DNA of 64,000 nucleotides. It comes from a virus (Duplodnaviria; Caudoviricetes). Shown here in pieces: positions 51,069 through 60,907 of the stretch. Below the pieces are notes generated by a model, which was not told the DNA's origin, ran no database searches, and saw only the letters and a list, made by a program, of their open reading frames with translations. Within the stretch, counting starts at the first letter, position 1, and every line of letters starts with the position of its first letter. The position numbers and the translations under genes were made by a program. The stretch covers positions 94,132-158,131 of IMG/VR virus record IMGVR_UViG_3300001528_000378; one strand, 5' to 3'.

Positions 51069-51332
51069 ATGGCAGAAAATAAACTCAATCTTAGTACCGC
51101 AGTAAAGCAAGTATTATTAAAAGAATTGCTTGGTGATGTTATAGATCTAACCCGTCTTAGTGATATGGGTGATAGGCAGCATCGCCAGTTCTGCATTTCA
51201 ATTAAGAAAGAGTTTTTTGAAAAGTTGGAGTTGTTAAACAACTTGTTTGTTCAAGCAGATACTTTTGAAGTAACCCCTACAGATGAAGTGATGAACTCCC
51301 TTCGGACGAAAAAAGATGATTACCACAACTAA
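51069..51332 (+). CDS. Hypothetical protein
   Basis: Follows a late-promoter motif. Confidence 0.55.
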   Translation: MAENKLNLSTAVKQVLLKELLGDVIDLTRLSDMGDRQHRQFCISIKKEFFEKLELLNNLFVQADTFEVTPTDEVMNSLRTKKDDYHN

Positions 51333-52074
51333 TGACTGGTTAAAAACCTTGTCTGTTACAGCAGGTAATGAAAATAGTGGGAATCATACTCCAAAAATAC
51401 CGGATGATAGCCTAGATTACTTAATTGAACTCCTAAATCAGGGGTATGACAGGGTAACTTGGGTTGGTAGTGCAAGGGATAAAGCAGAGAACGAACTTTG
51501 TCAAAGGTATGATTCTAACCAAACTACTTGGTCTTTGAAATCATTTTTAAACATATCAGGTAGTTTTAAGACTTTATCCATTACAAAACAAGCAAAGTCT
51601 AAAGACGAGTACACAGAGAAACAATGGATGAACATCATTCTGGACCCTTCCAAAGCACTTAAATTTGCAAGGGAAAATAATTTTCAGAACTTAGATGAAG
51701 ATATTGTAGATGTAATTTCAAAGGATAGCATTGTTTCCAACAGATTTGTAAATCAGTTTTTAAAAGTAAATAAGACAGACAGTGTACCTCAAGCCATTGT
51801 AGATGCAACATTAAATGACGCAGATGCAGTATACTATTTGGCAGATATTTATTCAGAGAATCAAAATTTGCCAGTAGAATACAAAGAAATGGTAAGAGGT
51901 ATGCAAGTGGGTGAAGAGGCAGTATATGGTCCATATACTTCCTCAGACGCAAATATCCCATATAGTGCTCCAATATATACACATAGCCATGTTGGGTGTA
52001 AGTGCTTTCTAAAAGTATGGAAATCCACAGACCCAAATGATGTGGTTTATGTAGACGCACACGGTAGGTTTTAG
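51316..52074 (+). CDS. MuF-like head morphogenesis protein with an inserted helical module
   Basis: VTW...C......HSHVGCKC; position between portal and protease. Confidence 0.55.
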   Translation: MITTTNDWLKTLSVTAGNENSGNHTPKIPDDSLDYLIELLNQGYDRVTWVGSARDKAENELCQRYDSNQTTWSLKSFLNISGSFKTLSITKQAKSKDEYTEKQWMNIILDPSKALKFARENNFQNLDEDIVDVISKDSIVSNRFVNQFLKVNKTDSVPQAIVDATLNDADAVYYLADIYSENQNLPVEYKEMVRGMQVGEEAVYGPYTSSDANIPYSAPIYTHSHVGCKCFLKVWKSTDPNDVVYVDAHGRF

Positions 52075-52087
52075 GAGATATAATTAA

Positions 52088-55000
52088 ATGGCATTTTTTA
52101 AATATGGTGCTACGGTAAATATTAGAAAGCAAGCTTCCTTGGATATTATTGCAAAAGATGTCCCAGAAGTTAGCCATACAGCCGATAAGATTTCTGCAAA
52201 GAAAGATGACAATTTTGTTTATTTCTGGACTCGTGCCGTTTCTGCAGATGTGCCAAATTTAAACTCAGATTTATTTCCACTAGACGAACTTAAAAAGGCT
52301 TATCCTACTTTTATAGGTAGGGGTTTATACATGGACCACAATGCCCAGTCTGTGGCCAATGCAGTAGGTAAGGTTTTTGATGCTAAATTATTAGAAGATC
52401 CTACTGCCACTGACGAAGAGGGCAGGTACTATGTTGGTTGTTTGTGTGGTGTGGATAAAACGACACACCCAGATATTGCAGCCAAAGTAGCACATGGTGT
52501 CATTGATAGTGTATCAATGGGAGCTTCCTGTGGTTCTTGTGAGTGTGGGATTTGTCATAGGGTATGCCATACTCCTGAGGAGTTCTGTGTTCATTTACAG
52601 CATCAAGGTCAAATTGACCCAGAAACTGGTAAGAAATGTATCTCTATTAACAGAGATGTGAACTTCTCAGAATTATCCTTAGTGGGTGTACCTGCTGACC
52701 CAATGGCTAAAATGCAACAAGTGTTTGCAGACTTTGTGGGTGGATTAAGAAAATCTGCTTCATTAGATAAAGAAGCAGAAAATTCGTTTTTAGAAAAATT
52801 CTCATTTAGTATTCCTTGTGGAAATGAGAATATATGTGAAACATTATTTAATGTTCTTACAGGATATAAAAAACAAGGTATTTCGGACCTATCTATGGAT
52901 GGTTCTATTTTAAAGTTATCTGTTGAAGCAAAAAATGAAGAATTAGCTAAGCAGAAACTGGAAAAAATTAGTGAAGAGCAGGGGTTAGGTGTTGAACAAC
53001 CCCTTGAAAGAGAGGAAAATTTAATGCCTAAGGAAGAAATTAAACCTGTTGAAAAAATGGAAGAAACCAAAGTAGAAGAAAAGGTTGCTTCAAAAGAAGA
53101 AAAGTTAAGCATCAACAAAAAAGCAGATGAAGAACAAGAAAGCTCAAAAACATATACATTTGATGAATTATCTCCAGAAGCAAAAGAAAGAGTTATTATT
53201 GTAGAAGGGGATCGTTACATGGAATGGTTTTGGAAGAATTTTCAGACAGACCCAGAAATTTATATTAAACCAGAATTAATAACAAAATATAACCTTGATT
53301 TAGATATACTCGAATTAGGTGCAGATACACCTGGCGGTTCCAGTAGAACTTATGGTACTGCTGAATTGAAGTCTGGTTTTCTTCATGGTTCATTCAGCAA
53401 CATTATTCGGCCAATAGTTGAACGTGTTGTTAGAGAAGCAGCAAAGGAATCTAAATATGTAGCAGATCACTTAGAAGATTATATTGACTTAGGTTGTGGA
53501 GACATGTACTGGGATAGTGATTACTTTGCTCCATATAATGGGTTTTCCGATATAGATGATGTACCGTCTAGTTTATCAAATGATATTGCAGAAGCCTTAA
53601 ATAATGAGGCTGTTCCACAAATTGAAAAAGCATTAGAAGAAATAGCCGATAGTATTACAGAAGCGATTAATATAGAAGAAGAGTATGCTTATTCTGAGGA
53701 TAATGCCAGAGATATGGCTGAGGCTAATCAGGTTAAATTTAATGAAGACGGATCATTTGCAAAAGTATCACAGTTTACTAGAAAGTTGTGTGTTCATAAA
53801 ACAGCAAAAAGTCGTTTATTGAAGAATAGAAAACCAGAGGATAAAAACAATTCACACAAAGTTGAATCCTCTATAACCCAATTAAAAGAAGTAAAAGCAA
53901 ATGTAGAAGATGACGAACCTACTGTGTCACCCGAAACAATCAAAAGGTATAAGGAACAAGGATTTGTTGAGAAAGGTACCCCAGATTATGACGAATTTTA
54001 TAATGCTGGCTTTACTTTGAAGAAGTCTTTTGTTGGTGAAGAAGACGGGAAAGACTTATATAATGTTGTAGAAATTGAACGTGAATCTTCAAAACCTCAA
54101 TCAAACGAGGTAAAAGAAGTGAAAGCAGAAGAAAATAAAGAAACCAAGAAGGAAGATTTGGTTCCTGGTGTATCCAAAGAGGATGCCAAAAAAGATATTA
54201 AACATGATTTGGCCAAAGAAAAAGATGAAGCCAAAGGTGGGGAAGACGAAACCAAAGATATTGAAACCTTAGAAAAAGCAATTAAAGAAACAGATAAGGG
54301 AGCATTAACCAAGGTTATCGACTTATTGAAAAAGTTTATTGGTGGTGAAACTAAAGAGGGTGAAGATTTGAAGGATTATAAATCTGACGATTTGGTTAAA
54401 AAGTTGGAAGATAAGCCAGCTGATAAAAAGGCTTCCCTAGAAGAACCAGTAAATAATGTGGTTAATACAGTTGCAGAACCTGTTGTGAACCATGTTGAAG
54501 CCAAACCAGAAGTTCCTGCTCAACCAGTTCCAGAAGTGAAAGAAGAAGTGGAAGAGAAAAAGGAAGAAGTGAAACCTTCCAAGGATGTCAAAACCAAGGA
54601 AGATGCCGTAAAGGTGTTGGAGGATGTTCTGAAAGCTGGTGAGGAAGCCAATGTGGAAGAATTAGGTAAAGTTTTGGATTTCTTAAAATCCGATAAAAAG
54701 GAAGAAAAGGAAGATGTGGAAAAGAAGGCAGACTTTGACTCTGCTGTGTCAAATGAAGACCTAGAATTTGTTGAAAAGAGGGATGAGGCAGAGACATTGT
54801 TAAATAAAAGGCTACTAGAAATAATGGAAGAAGCAGAACGCTACGGTATTGATGCACAAAAATTTCTTTCTGAACCAAATGGATTATCTCATTTGCTTGA
54901 TGAGTTAGAAGAAATGGAATCATATTCACATGACGTTGAATCTTCAAAAACTCAATCAAACGAGGTAAAAGAAGTGAAAGCTGGTGAGGAAGCAGAATCC

Positions 55001-55918
55001 AAAAAAGAAGCCAAACCTTTGTTTGCCAATGTAACCAGAGTTTCTTTACTCAAAACGGCCAATTTAATTGACAGCAAATGGGTATTCCACTTCAAAGGAA
55101 CAAATAAAGTAGCCTGCCTCAGTGTAAAGAATTTATTACCAGGTGTATCCGAAAAGGTTGCCTACTTAACTTCAAAAGAATTTTATAACGAGATGATGGA
55201 CACCTTAACAAAGAAACAAGCATTTGACGGTGAAGCCGTTAAACAAATTGTTGCAAACTACAATGAAAAAATCAAAGTAGGTTCAGATGAAGCCAAATCT
55301 CAAGTTTCCAAAGCCACATCCAAGGCCAAAAATGAAACGGACGGGAAGAAAGTTTCAGATACCAGCAAGGCCGTAGACACAAAATTAATGGATGATGGTA
55401 AAGCACAGAAACAAGACAAAGTAAACTCAAAAGAAGACGCTGGTGCTGTTGAGTCTGCTACAAAGAAAGCCCCTGCTGAAACTGATATTAAGGTATCTGC
55501 TGAATTGGAAGCCAAGTGCAAACAATTAACGGCTGCCTTAGAAGCAAAAGAAGCAGAGGTTTCACAAATGAAAATGCAGCAAGAATTAGCTGCAAAAACT
55601 GCAAAAGCCAGACAGATTGTGGAAAAATCCATTAAATGTGGTTTGGTACAATGCAATGAGACTTTTAGACAGGAAGAGTTGTTAAAGCAAGCCTCTCCGT
55701 TGAAAGCCAAAGAAGAAGCCATGAAAAGAACGGCAGATTCTATGGTAGCGGATTTGTTGGCCCTATCTGATGAAGAATTGGATAAACAAGCCTCTTACTT
55801 GTCCAATTTTAAGGTTGAAGCAGAAGTTAAACAGCTTAAACCTATTAAAATCGAAGCATCTTGCGAAAAATCGGAAGATGAGGACCTCATTAAAGCACTT
55901 GGTGCTGAGATGTGGTAA
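52088..55918 (+). CDS. Prohead protease fused to extra modules and a C-terminal scaffold
   Basis: NxNxDxF, YMDH, SVSMG, CxxCxxC..C.H, FSELSLVGVPADP; coiled-coil C-terminus. Confidence 0.85.
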   Translation: MAFFKYGATVNIRKQASLDIIAKDVPEVSHTADKISAKKDDNFVYFWTRAVSADVPNLNSDLFPLDELKKAYPTFIGRGLYMDHNAQSVANAVGKVFDAKLLEDPTATDEEGRYYVGCLCGVDKTTHPDIAAKVAHGVIDSVSMGASCGSCECGICHRVCHTPEEFCVHLQHQGQIDPETGKKCISINRDVNFSELSLVGVPADPMAKMQQVFADFVGGLRKSASLDKEAENSFLEKFSFSIPCGNENICETLFNVLTGYKKQGISDLSMDGSILKLSVEAKNEELAKQKLEKISEEQGLGVEQPLEREENLMPKEEIKPVEKMEETKVEEKVASKEEKLSINKKADEEQESSKTYTFDELSPEAKERVIIVEGDRYMEWFWKNFQTDPEIYIKPELITKYNLDLDILELGADTPGGSSRTYGTAELKSGFLHGSFSNIIRPIVERVVREAAKESKYVADHLEDYIDLGCGDMYWDSDYFAPYNGFSDIDDVPSSLSNDIAEALNNEAVPQIEKALEEIADSITEAINIEEEYAYSEDNARDMAEANQVKFNEDGSFAKVSQFTRKLCVHKTAKSRLLKNRKPEDKNNSHKVESSITQLKEVKANVEDDEPTVSPETIKRYKEQGFVEKGTPDYDEFYNAGFTLKKSFVGEEDGKDLYNVVEIERESSKPQSNEVKEVKAEENKETKKEDLVPGVSKEDAKKDIKHDLAKEKDEAKGGEDETKDIETLEKAIKETDKGALTKVIDLLKKFIGGETKEGEDLKDYKSDDLVKKLEDKPADKKASLEEPVNNVVNTVAEPVVNHVEAKPEVPAQPVPEVKEEVEEKKEEVKPSKDVKTKEDAVKVLEDVLKAGEEANVEELGKVLDFLKSDKKEEKEDVEKKADFDSAVSNEDLEFVEKRDEAETLLNKRLLEIMEEAERYGIDAQKFLSEPNGLSHLLDELEEMESYSHDVESSKTQSNEVKEVKAGEEAESKKEAKPLFANVTRVSLLKTANLIDSKWVFHFKGTNKVACLSVKNLLPGVSEKVAYLTSKEFYNEMMDTLTKKQAFDGEAVKQIVANYNEKIKVGSDEAKSQVSKATSKAKNETDGKKVSDTSKAVDTKLMDDGKAQKQDKVNSKEDAGAVESATKKAPAETDIKVSAELEAKCKQLTAALEAKEAEVSQMKMQQELAAKTAKARQIVEKSIKCGLVQCNETFRQEELLKQASPLKAKEEAMKRTADSMVADLLALSDEELDKQASYLSNFKVEAEVKQLKPIKIEASCEKSEDEDLIKALGAEMW
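54083..54981 (+). repeat. 44-bp direct repeat (54083-54126 and 54938-54981, 1 mismatch) encoding ESSK(P/T)QSNEVKEVKA; degenerate third copy ~53861-53899
   Basis: Direct comparison of the sequences. Confidence 0.85.
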
Positions 55919-55940
55919 AAATTAAGGAGATAAAACTAAT

Positions 55941-56468
55941 ATGGCTATTAGAGTAATTTCGCCTGTTAACTTAGACGAAGGCCACTTGGTAGCATTGACT
56001 GCTGATGGCAAGATGGACGAAACCAAGGCAGTTATTGGTGGTCAAGTGGTAAAATTGGTGGAAAGCACAGAAGGTGTGTATGGTGGTGAACCCCACATCG
56101 AAGCTTCCAAAAAAGCCGACGTGTTGGCTACTGCTTTCCCTTATGGGTTTGTGTATAAGGCTTCCAAAGCTGAACCCGCAAATAACCTATACATTCCTTT
56201 CAATCAGTATAAAGCCCCTTTGAATAGACAATCTGTCATTCTTACCAAAGGCTTCCGTGCTGAATTGTGGAACGACGGCACTGGTAAAGTGTTTGAAGAC
56301 AATGTGGCCCAAGCCAAACCTGGTACACTCTTGTATGTGTCTGCAACTGGTACTTTGACAACTGAAGCTGATGACACTGCTACGAACGTAGGTTCTATGG
56401 CTGTTGCTTCTGTGGAAATTGCCCCTGCTGATAAAGATGGTGTGTTGACCATTCAGGCTGTCATCTAA
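55941..56468 (+). CDS. Capsid decoration/stabilising protein
   Basis: Between scaffold and MCP; PGTLLYVSATGTLT. Confidence 0.7.
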   Translation: MAIRVISPVNLDEGHLVALTADGKMDETKAVIGGQVVKLVESTEGVYGGEPHIEASKKADVLATAFPYGFVYKASKAEPANNLYIPFNQYKAPLNRQSVILTKGFRAELWNDGTGKVFEDNVAQAKPGTLLYVSATGTLTTEADDTATNVGSMAVASVEIAPADKDGVLTIQAVI

Positions 56469-56492
56469 TCAAGGGTATAGGAGATATAGAAA

Positions 56493-57428
56493 ATGGAATT
56501 TACAAAATTATCGAATATTGAAAAAGAAGCTGCTTTGAACGCAATGTATGCTTCTTCCAACGGCTTGCAGAAAATTGCTGCTGTTATGTTGAACCCTATT
56601 ATTCGTGATTTACTTCACGAAGGTAGAGGTCGTCAGTGCTTGGCTGTGGATAAACTACAGCAAGGTATGGATGCCACTTACGATTCTGATGTGTCTGCCA
56701 AGGCTTGCGTATGCTCTGCCGATGGTGTACCTCAGTTGTCCGTAATTGAATCTGGCCGTTTCATCGTGCCCACCTTCCCTATTGGTGTGCAAGCCTCTAT
56801 TAAATGGGTGGAATCTAACTATCGTAAATTCGATATGATTAACCGCACCCAAGAACGTGCCAAATCTGCCTTGCAGTCTGTGGAAGATAAGAGAATCTTC
56901 GACTTGATCAAATTCGCTTCTACACAGCACTACGAAGCCCAAGAAACTGCTGACCAAGGCCGTGTGTCCTTGTTAGACTTGGCTATTGCCAAAGCTACCT
57001 TGGAAAAAGGTCGTGTGCCTGCTGCTAAAATGGTAATGACTCCTACTCGTGCAGTAGATGTGGAATTGCTATATAATGGTCAAAACTATGGCCCATTGTT
57101 CTTGCCTCAGACCTCTGAAGCCAATGTGAACAAAGGCTTGGGTAAAAACATCTTGGGTATGGATATTGTAACTGTACCAGATGGTGATACAGTGACCCGT
57201 GTGGTTGATGGCAAAGAAGTTATCACCGACTTGCCTATCATCAGTGACAGCGACATCTTTGTGTTGGGTCGCCCAGAAATGGTTGGTATTATGACCATCC
57301 GCCAAGATGTGTTGGTGGAAACTCAGAAATGGGTACGCGGTCTCGAAGATCTCTTCGCAATCTATGAGATCGTTGGTTTTGGGATTCGCTATTCGAAAGG
57401 CCAAATCCAAGTTAACGTTAAAGCGTAA
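56493..57428 (+). CDS. Major capsid protein
   Basis: Position, 311 aa, C-ending codon bias typical of high expression, followed by a terminator. Confidence 0.85.
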   Translation: MEFTKLSNIEKEAALNAMYASSNGLQKIAAVMLNPIIRDLLHEGRGRQCLAVDKLQQGMDATYDSDVSAKACVCSADGVPQLSVIESGRFIVPTFPIGVQASIKWVESNYRKFDMINRTQERAKSALQSVEDKRIFDLIKFASTQHYEAQETADQGRVSLLDLAIAKATLEKGRVPAAKMVMTPTRAVDVELLYNGQNYGPLFLPQTSEANVNKGLGKNILGMDIVTVPDGDTVTRVVDGKEVITDLPIISDSDIFVLGRPEMVGIMTIRQDVLVETQKWVRGLEDLFAIYEIVGFGIRYSKGQIQVNVKA

Positions 57429-57440
57429 GACTTTATCGTC

Positions 57441-57468
57441 GAGGGGAGTGGTGTATAAACCACTCCTC
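57441..57468 (+). terminator. Terminator hairpin after MCP; the promoter TTGACA-17-TACAAT for the endonuclease follows directly
   Basis: GAGGGGAGTGG-TGTATAAA-CCACTCCTC. Confidence 0.7.
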
Positions 57469-57546
57469 TTGACAAACATTAAAAAAGTTAGTACAATAAG
57501 TATTAGCAAATAAGTATTCTAATACTTATTCAAATAAGTCTTCAAT

Positions 57547-59235
57547 TTGGAGAATAAAATGAACACTAACTTTTTTAATCGTGTTGATATAAGTAAGTTA
57601 AAAAGGGATTATCTCACCAACCCCTTAAACAATGGTGAGCAGCTTGATAAAAATGAGCTGAAATATTTGTTCTTTGACTTAAATTTTTCTGCCACTATTA
57701 TTGGCGATTATGTTAAAAAGAACCATGCTACAATTAGTAATTGGTTAAATAAATTTGGCTATAAAAAGGATAAGGAACAAGAATATAAGAGTAAACTTAT
57801 TTGCATGGAGTACAAGACAGGTGTAAAAGTTAGAAACTCTTATGAAGTTCCAGGAGCAAAAGAAAAGGCAGAAAAGACCTGTATTAGTAAGTATGGGGTG
57901 AAGCACCATTTATCATCCAAAGAAGTTATTAACAAGAGAATAGAAACTGTTATTGAAAAATATGGTGTTGATAATGTTGCTAAGTTGGACTCAGTACAGG
58001 ATAAAATAAAAAAGACCAATTTATTAGTATATGGGTATGAATCTCCTATAAAGAATAAAAAGGTTAAAAATAAGATAAAAGCCACCTGCCAGAAAAAGTA
58101 TGGCGCAGATTCCGTTATGGAGTCAAACTATTATAAAAATAAATGTAAAGATTTTCTTAATAGTTTAGGTGTTGATAACATTTCACAGGCACATATTTCT
58201 AAAGAATCAAGAGAAATATTAGAAGATAAAGAAAAGTTTAAGAAGTTTATCATTGATTCTGGGTATAAGGTTTCATACAAGTTAGGTGATCTTTTAGGTG
58301 TTAGTTCTTTACCTATCTTACAGCGAATCCATGAATGGGACCTTCAAGATTTAGTAGAAGATTATGGTTCTTCCATTGAGAAAGAAATAAGTGAGTGCTT
58401 ACCAGAAATTGAGTTTCACAAAGATAGAAACATCCTAGAAGGTAGAGAGATAGATTTATATAATAAAGAGCATAAAATTGGCATTGAATTTAATGGCAAT
58501 TATTGGCACTCGGATAAATTTGAAAAAGATATTTATTATCATCAGAAAAAGAGTTTTGACGCAGAAAAGAAAGGCATTTTTATCTATCATATTTGGGAAT
58601 ATGAGTGGCATGATAAGCGTACAAAATCTGCTATTATTAATCAGTTAAGAAATATTTTTAAGTTAAATAAAGGCTCTATATTTGCCAGAAAGTGTGTTGT
58701 AAGAGAAGTAAAGGGCTGTGAAGCCAGTAAATTTTTAGACGCCAACCATGTACAGGGAAAATTGTATAGTGGTATTAAACTGGGTCTTTATTATAATAAT
58801 GAGTTAGTTAGTTTAATGTGTTTTGCAGCAAATTCTATAAATAAAAACTACCAGTATGAGCTGAATAGATTTTGCAGTAAAGCAGGATACAATGTAGTAG
58901 GTGGAGCAAGTAAATTATTTAAATATTTTATAAAAACCTACAATCCGAAAAGTATTATATCATATTCTGATATTGCAAAGACTAGGGGAACATTGTATCA
59001 AACATTAGGTTTTGTGAAATCTCATTTGTCGGACCCACAGTACCATTGGACTAATGGCACGAAGGTTATTAGCAAGTATAAAACTAGACTTAAAAAGCTA
59101 AATGAGGCAGGGTGGAGAGACCCAAACTCTAATGAAAGTGAAAGTCAAGTAATGAGAAGACATGGGTTTAATAAATTATATGATTGTGGTAAAATTGCTT
59201 GGATTTGGAAAAATACTCAAATTGAAAAGGAATGA
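57547..59235 (+). CDS. Free-standing homing endonuclease (KYGV repeats, PD-(D/E)XK/Vsr-like domain, Hef-like C-terminus)
   Basis: EIDLY..IGIEFNGNYWHS; ARKC..H.QG..RFCS..GGASKL..YDCG. Confidence 0.8.
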   Translation: MENKMNTNFFNRVDISKLKRDYLTNPLNNGEQLDKNELKYLFFDLNFSATIIGDYVKKNHATISNWLNKFGYKKDKEQEYKSKLICMEYKTGVKVRNSYEVPGAKEKAEKTCISKYGVKHHLSSKEVINKRIETVIEKYGVDNVAKLDSVQDKIKKTNLLVYGYESPIKNKKVKNKIKATCQKKYGADSVMESNYYKNKCKDFLNSLGVDNISQAHISKESREILEDKEKFKKFIIDSGYKVSYKLGDLLGVSSLPILQRIHEWDLQDLVEDYGSSIEKEISECLPEIEFHKDRNILEGREIDLYNKEHKIGIEFNGNYWHSDKFEKDIYYHQKKSFDAEKKGIFIYHIWEYEWHDKRTKSAIINQLRNIFKLNKGSIFARKCVVREVKGCEASKFLDANHVQGKLYSGIKLGLYYNNELVSLMCFAANSINKNYQYELNRFCSKAGYNVVGGASKLFKYFIKTYNPKSIISYSDIAKTRGTLYQTLGFVKSHLSDPQYHWTNGTKVISKYKTRLKKLNEAGWRDPNSNESESQVMRRHGFNKLYDCGKIAWIWKNTQIEKE

Positions 59236-59241
59236 TTAGAA

Positions 59242-59850
59242 ATGGCATATTATATCTATAACAAAACAGATTTTATGTTGAGCATTGGGGACATTAAAAA
59301 GAATGTTCATGCGGCTGCCGGAGATGTAGAAATTGGTATGCCTCTTCGTATTGCTCCAAAATCTTGGGCTACGACCAAAGGTTATGCAGATGAGGATGTA
59401 GAGAGTAGTATTCATAGTGGTGTGCTCCATTCTTCCCAATCCAAGGGAAATGTAATAATTTGCGAAAGAGAAGAATATTTGGAAATGTCCAAAAATCAAG
59501 CACAGGATAGGCTTGAAAAAGATATGGGTATTTCAGGTCATAAGGAAGAGCCCCAGCAACAATTTGGGTTTTTAAGTAAAGCCATTAAAAGGGATACAAG
59601 TGGTGTAAATCTATCAAACTTAATTGTATCTGACGATATAGACGAAGAACCAGAAGTAATGGAAGAAGCAGAAGAAAAAGAGGATAGAATTTCAGTATTG
59701 GAAAAAAGTGTGGGAGAGATAAGTTCCACATTAGCAAAACTCACAGAATTAATTGTTTCTAAAAATGTTAAGAAAAAAGGTTCAACTGTAACAAAATCTG
59801 TTAAGAAACCAGCAAAGAAAGCAGTTAGTAAGAAATCTAAAAGGAAATAG
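59242..59850 (+). CDS. Hypothetical virion-associated protein
   Basis: Post-capsid position; basic tail. Confidence 0.5.
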   Translation: MAYYIYNKTDFMLSIGDIKKNVHAAAGDVEIGMPLRIAPKSWATTKGYADEDVESSIHSGVLHSSQSKGNVIICEREEYLEMSKNQAQDRLEKDMGISGHKEEPQQQFGFLSKAIKRDTSGVNLSNLIVSDDIDEEPEVMEEAEEKEDRISVLEKSVGEISSTLAKLTELIVSKNVKKKGSTVTKSVKKPAKKAVSKKSKRK

Positions 59851-59859
59851 GTACATTTA

Positions 59860-60327
59860 ATGTCTTGCCAACTAGATATACCAGATATGCTAGAACGTGC
59901 TCGGACAGTGATGTCAGAGTATTTTAATAATAAGTTTGAGGATGACCAGTTAATTCAACTAATGCAGCTAGTATTAGACGAAATTAATGCAATCACGCCA
60001 ATGACTTATTATTCCTTATGTAATGCACCAAAGCATTGGGGTTCTGCCATTATAGTTGGCTTAAAGTTTTATTTATTACTATCTCTACAAGAAACTCTTG
60101 CCTTAAAAGACTTTAACTACAATGATAATGGGTTATCTTTAACTATTAACCGTGTACAAAATTTGGATGTTCCCTTGAAAACAGTAAGAGCATTATTTGA
60201 AAAGTATGCTTGGAACATTAAGAAACCCTATATTTTTAGACAAGGACCTAAACTATTGACATACCAGCGTTTTGGGGCACAAATATCAGGGTTCATGCGT
60301 GTGTTATATGGTTTAAGTTGGCAGTAG
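59860..60327 (+). CDS. Head-tail adaptor-like protein
   Basis: FEDDQL..EIN..P, YNDNGLSL; position. Confidence 0.55.
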   Translation: MSCQLDIPDMLERARTVMSEYFNNKFEDDQLIQLMQLVLDEINAITPMTYYSLCNAPKHWGSAIIVGLKFYLLLSLQETLALKDFNYNDNGLSLTINRVQNLDVPLKTVRALFEKYAWNIKKPYIFRQGPKLLTYQRFGAQISGFMRVLYGLSWQ

Positions 60328-60449
60328 TTTACAAATATGTATATTTTATAGGGTAGGACACAGAATAACCAGACAGGTTCAATATTCTAGATAATATATC
60401 TTACTACCCCACAGTTTAATAGCAGGTATTCTTAATTGAGGAAATATAG

Positions 60450-60896
60450 ATGACTACAAATTGGTTCGACGAAGCAATTAAAGAGCAGTTGAATAAAGAA
60501 GAGTTAAAAGAAGTAAAACCAAGAGAATTTAACCCAGAAGAGATGAAGCAGGTATTAAGTTCTTTTGGATATGATATTTCAAATGTATCTATTCTCAATA
60601 AAAATTCTTGCTCGGAAGAAAATATTGGAAAAAAAGTTTGTGTAAAGAATAGTCTAGTTATTGCAGCCAATATCATTATTAAAACAAATTATAACTTGTA
60701 TAAGGTAGCAAGGGTAGTCCTTCCACAAGGTTACATTGGGATTATTGGTGGGGTGGATAGTAACAAATATGTGGTGGACTTTGATGCTAATCTTTCTATC
60801 CTACCAGAAGATGTAGTAGAGGGGTATGATGGTTCAAACATTACATATCCCTTGGATAAGTTTGAACTGTCTGCAAATGAAGTGCAGTTTTTATAA
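60450..60896 (+). CDS. Hypothetical protein
   Basis: GAGG SD. Confidence 0.5.
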   Translation: MTTNWFDEAIKEQLNKEELKEVKPREFNPEEMKQVLSSFGYDISNVSILNKNSCSEENIGKKVCVKNSLVIAANIIIKTNYNLYKVARVVLPQGYIGIIGGVDSNKYVVDFDANLSILPEDVVEGYDGSNITYPLDKFELSANEVQFL

Positions 60897-60907
60897 GGGG
60901 TACAACT

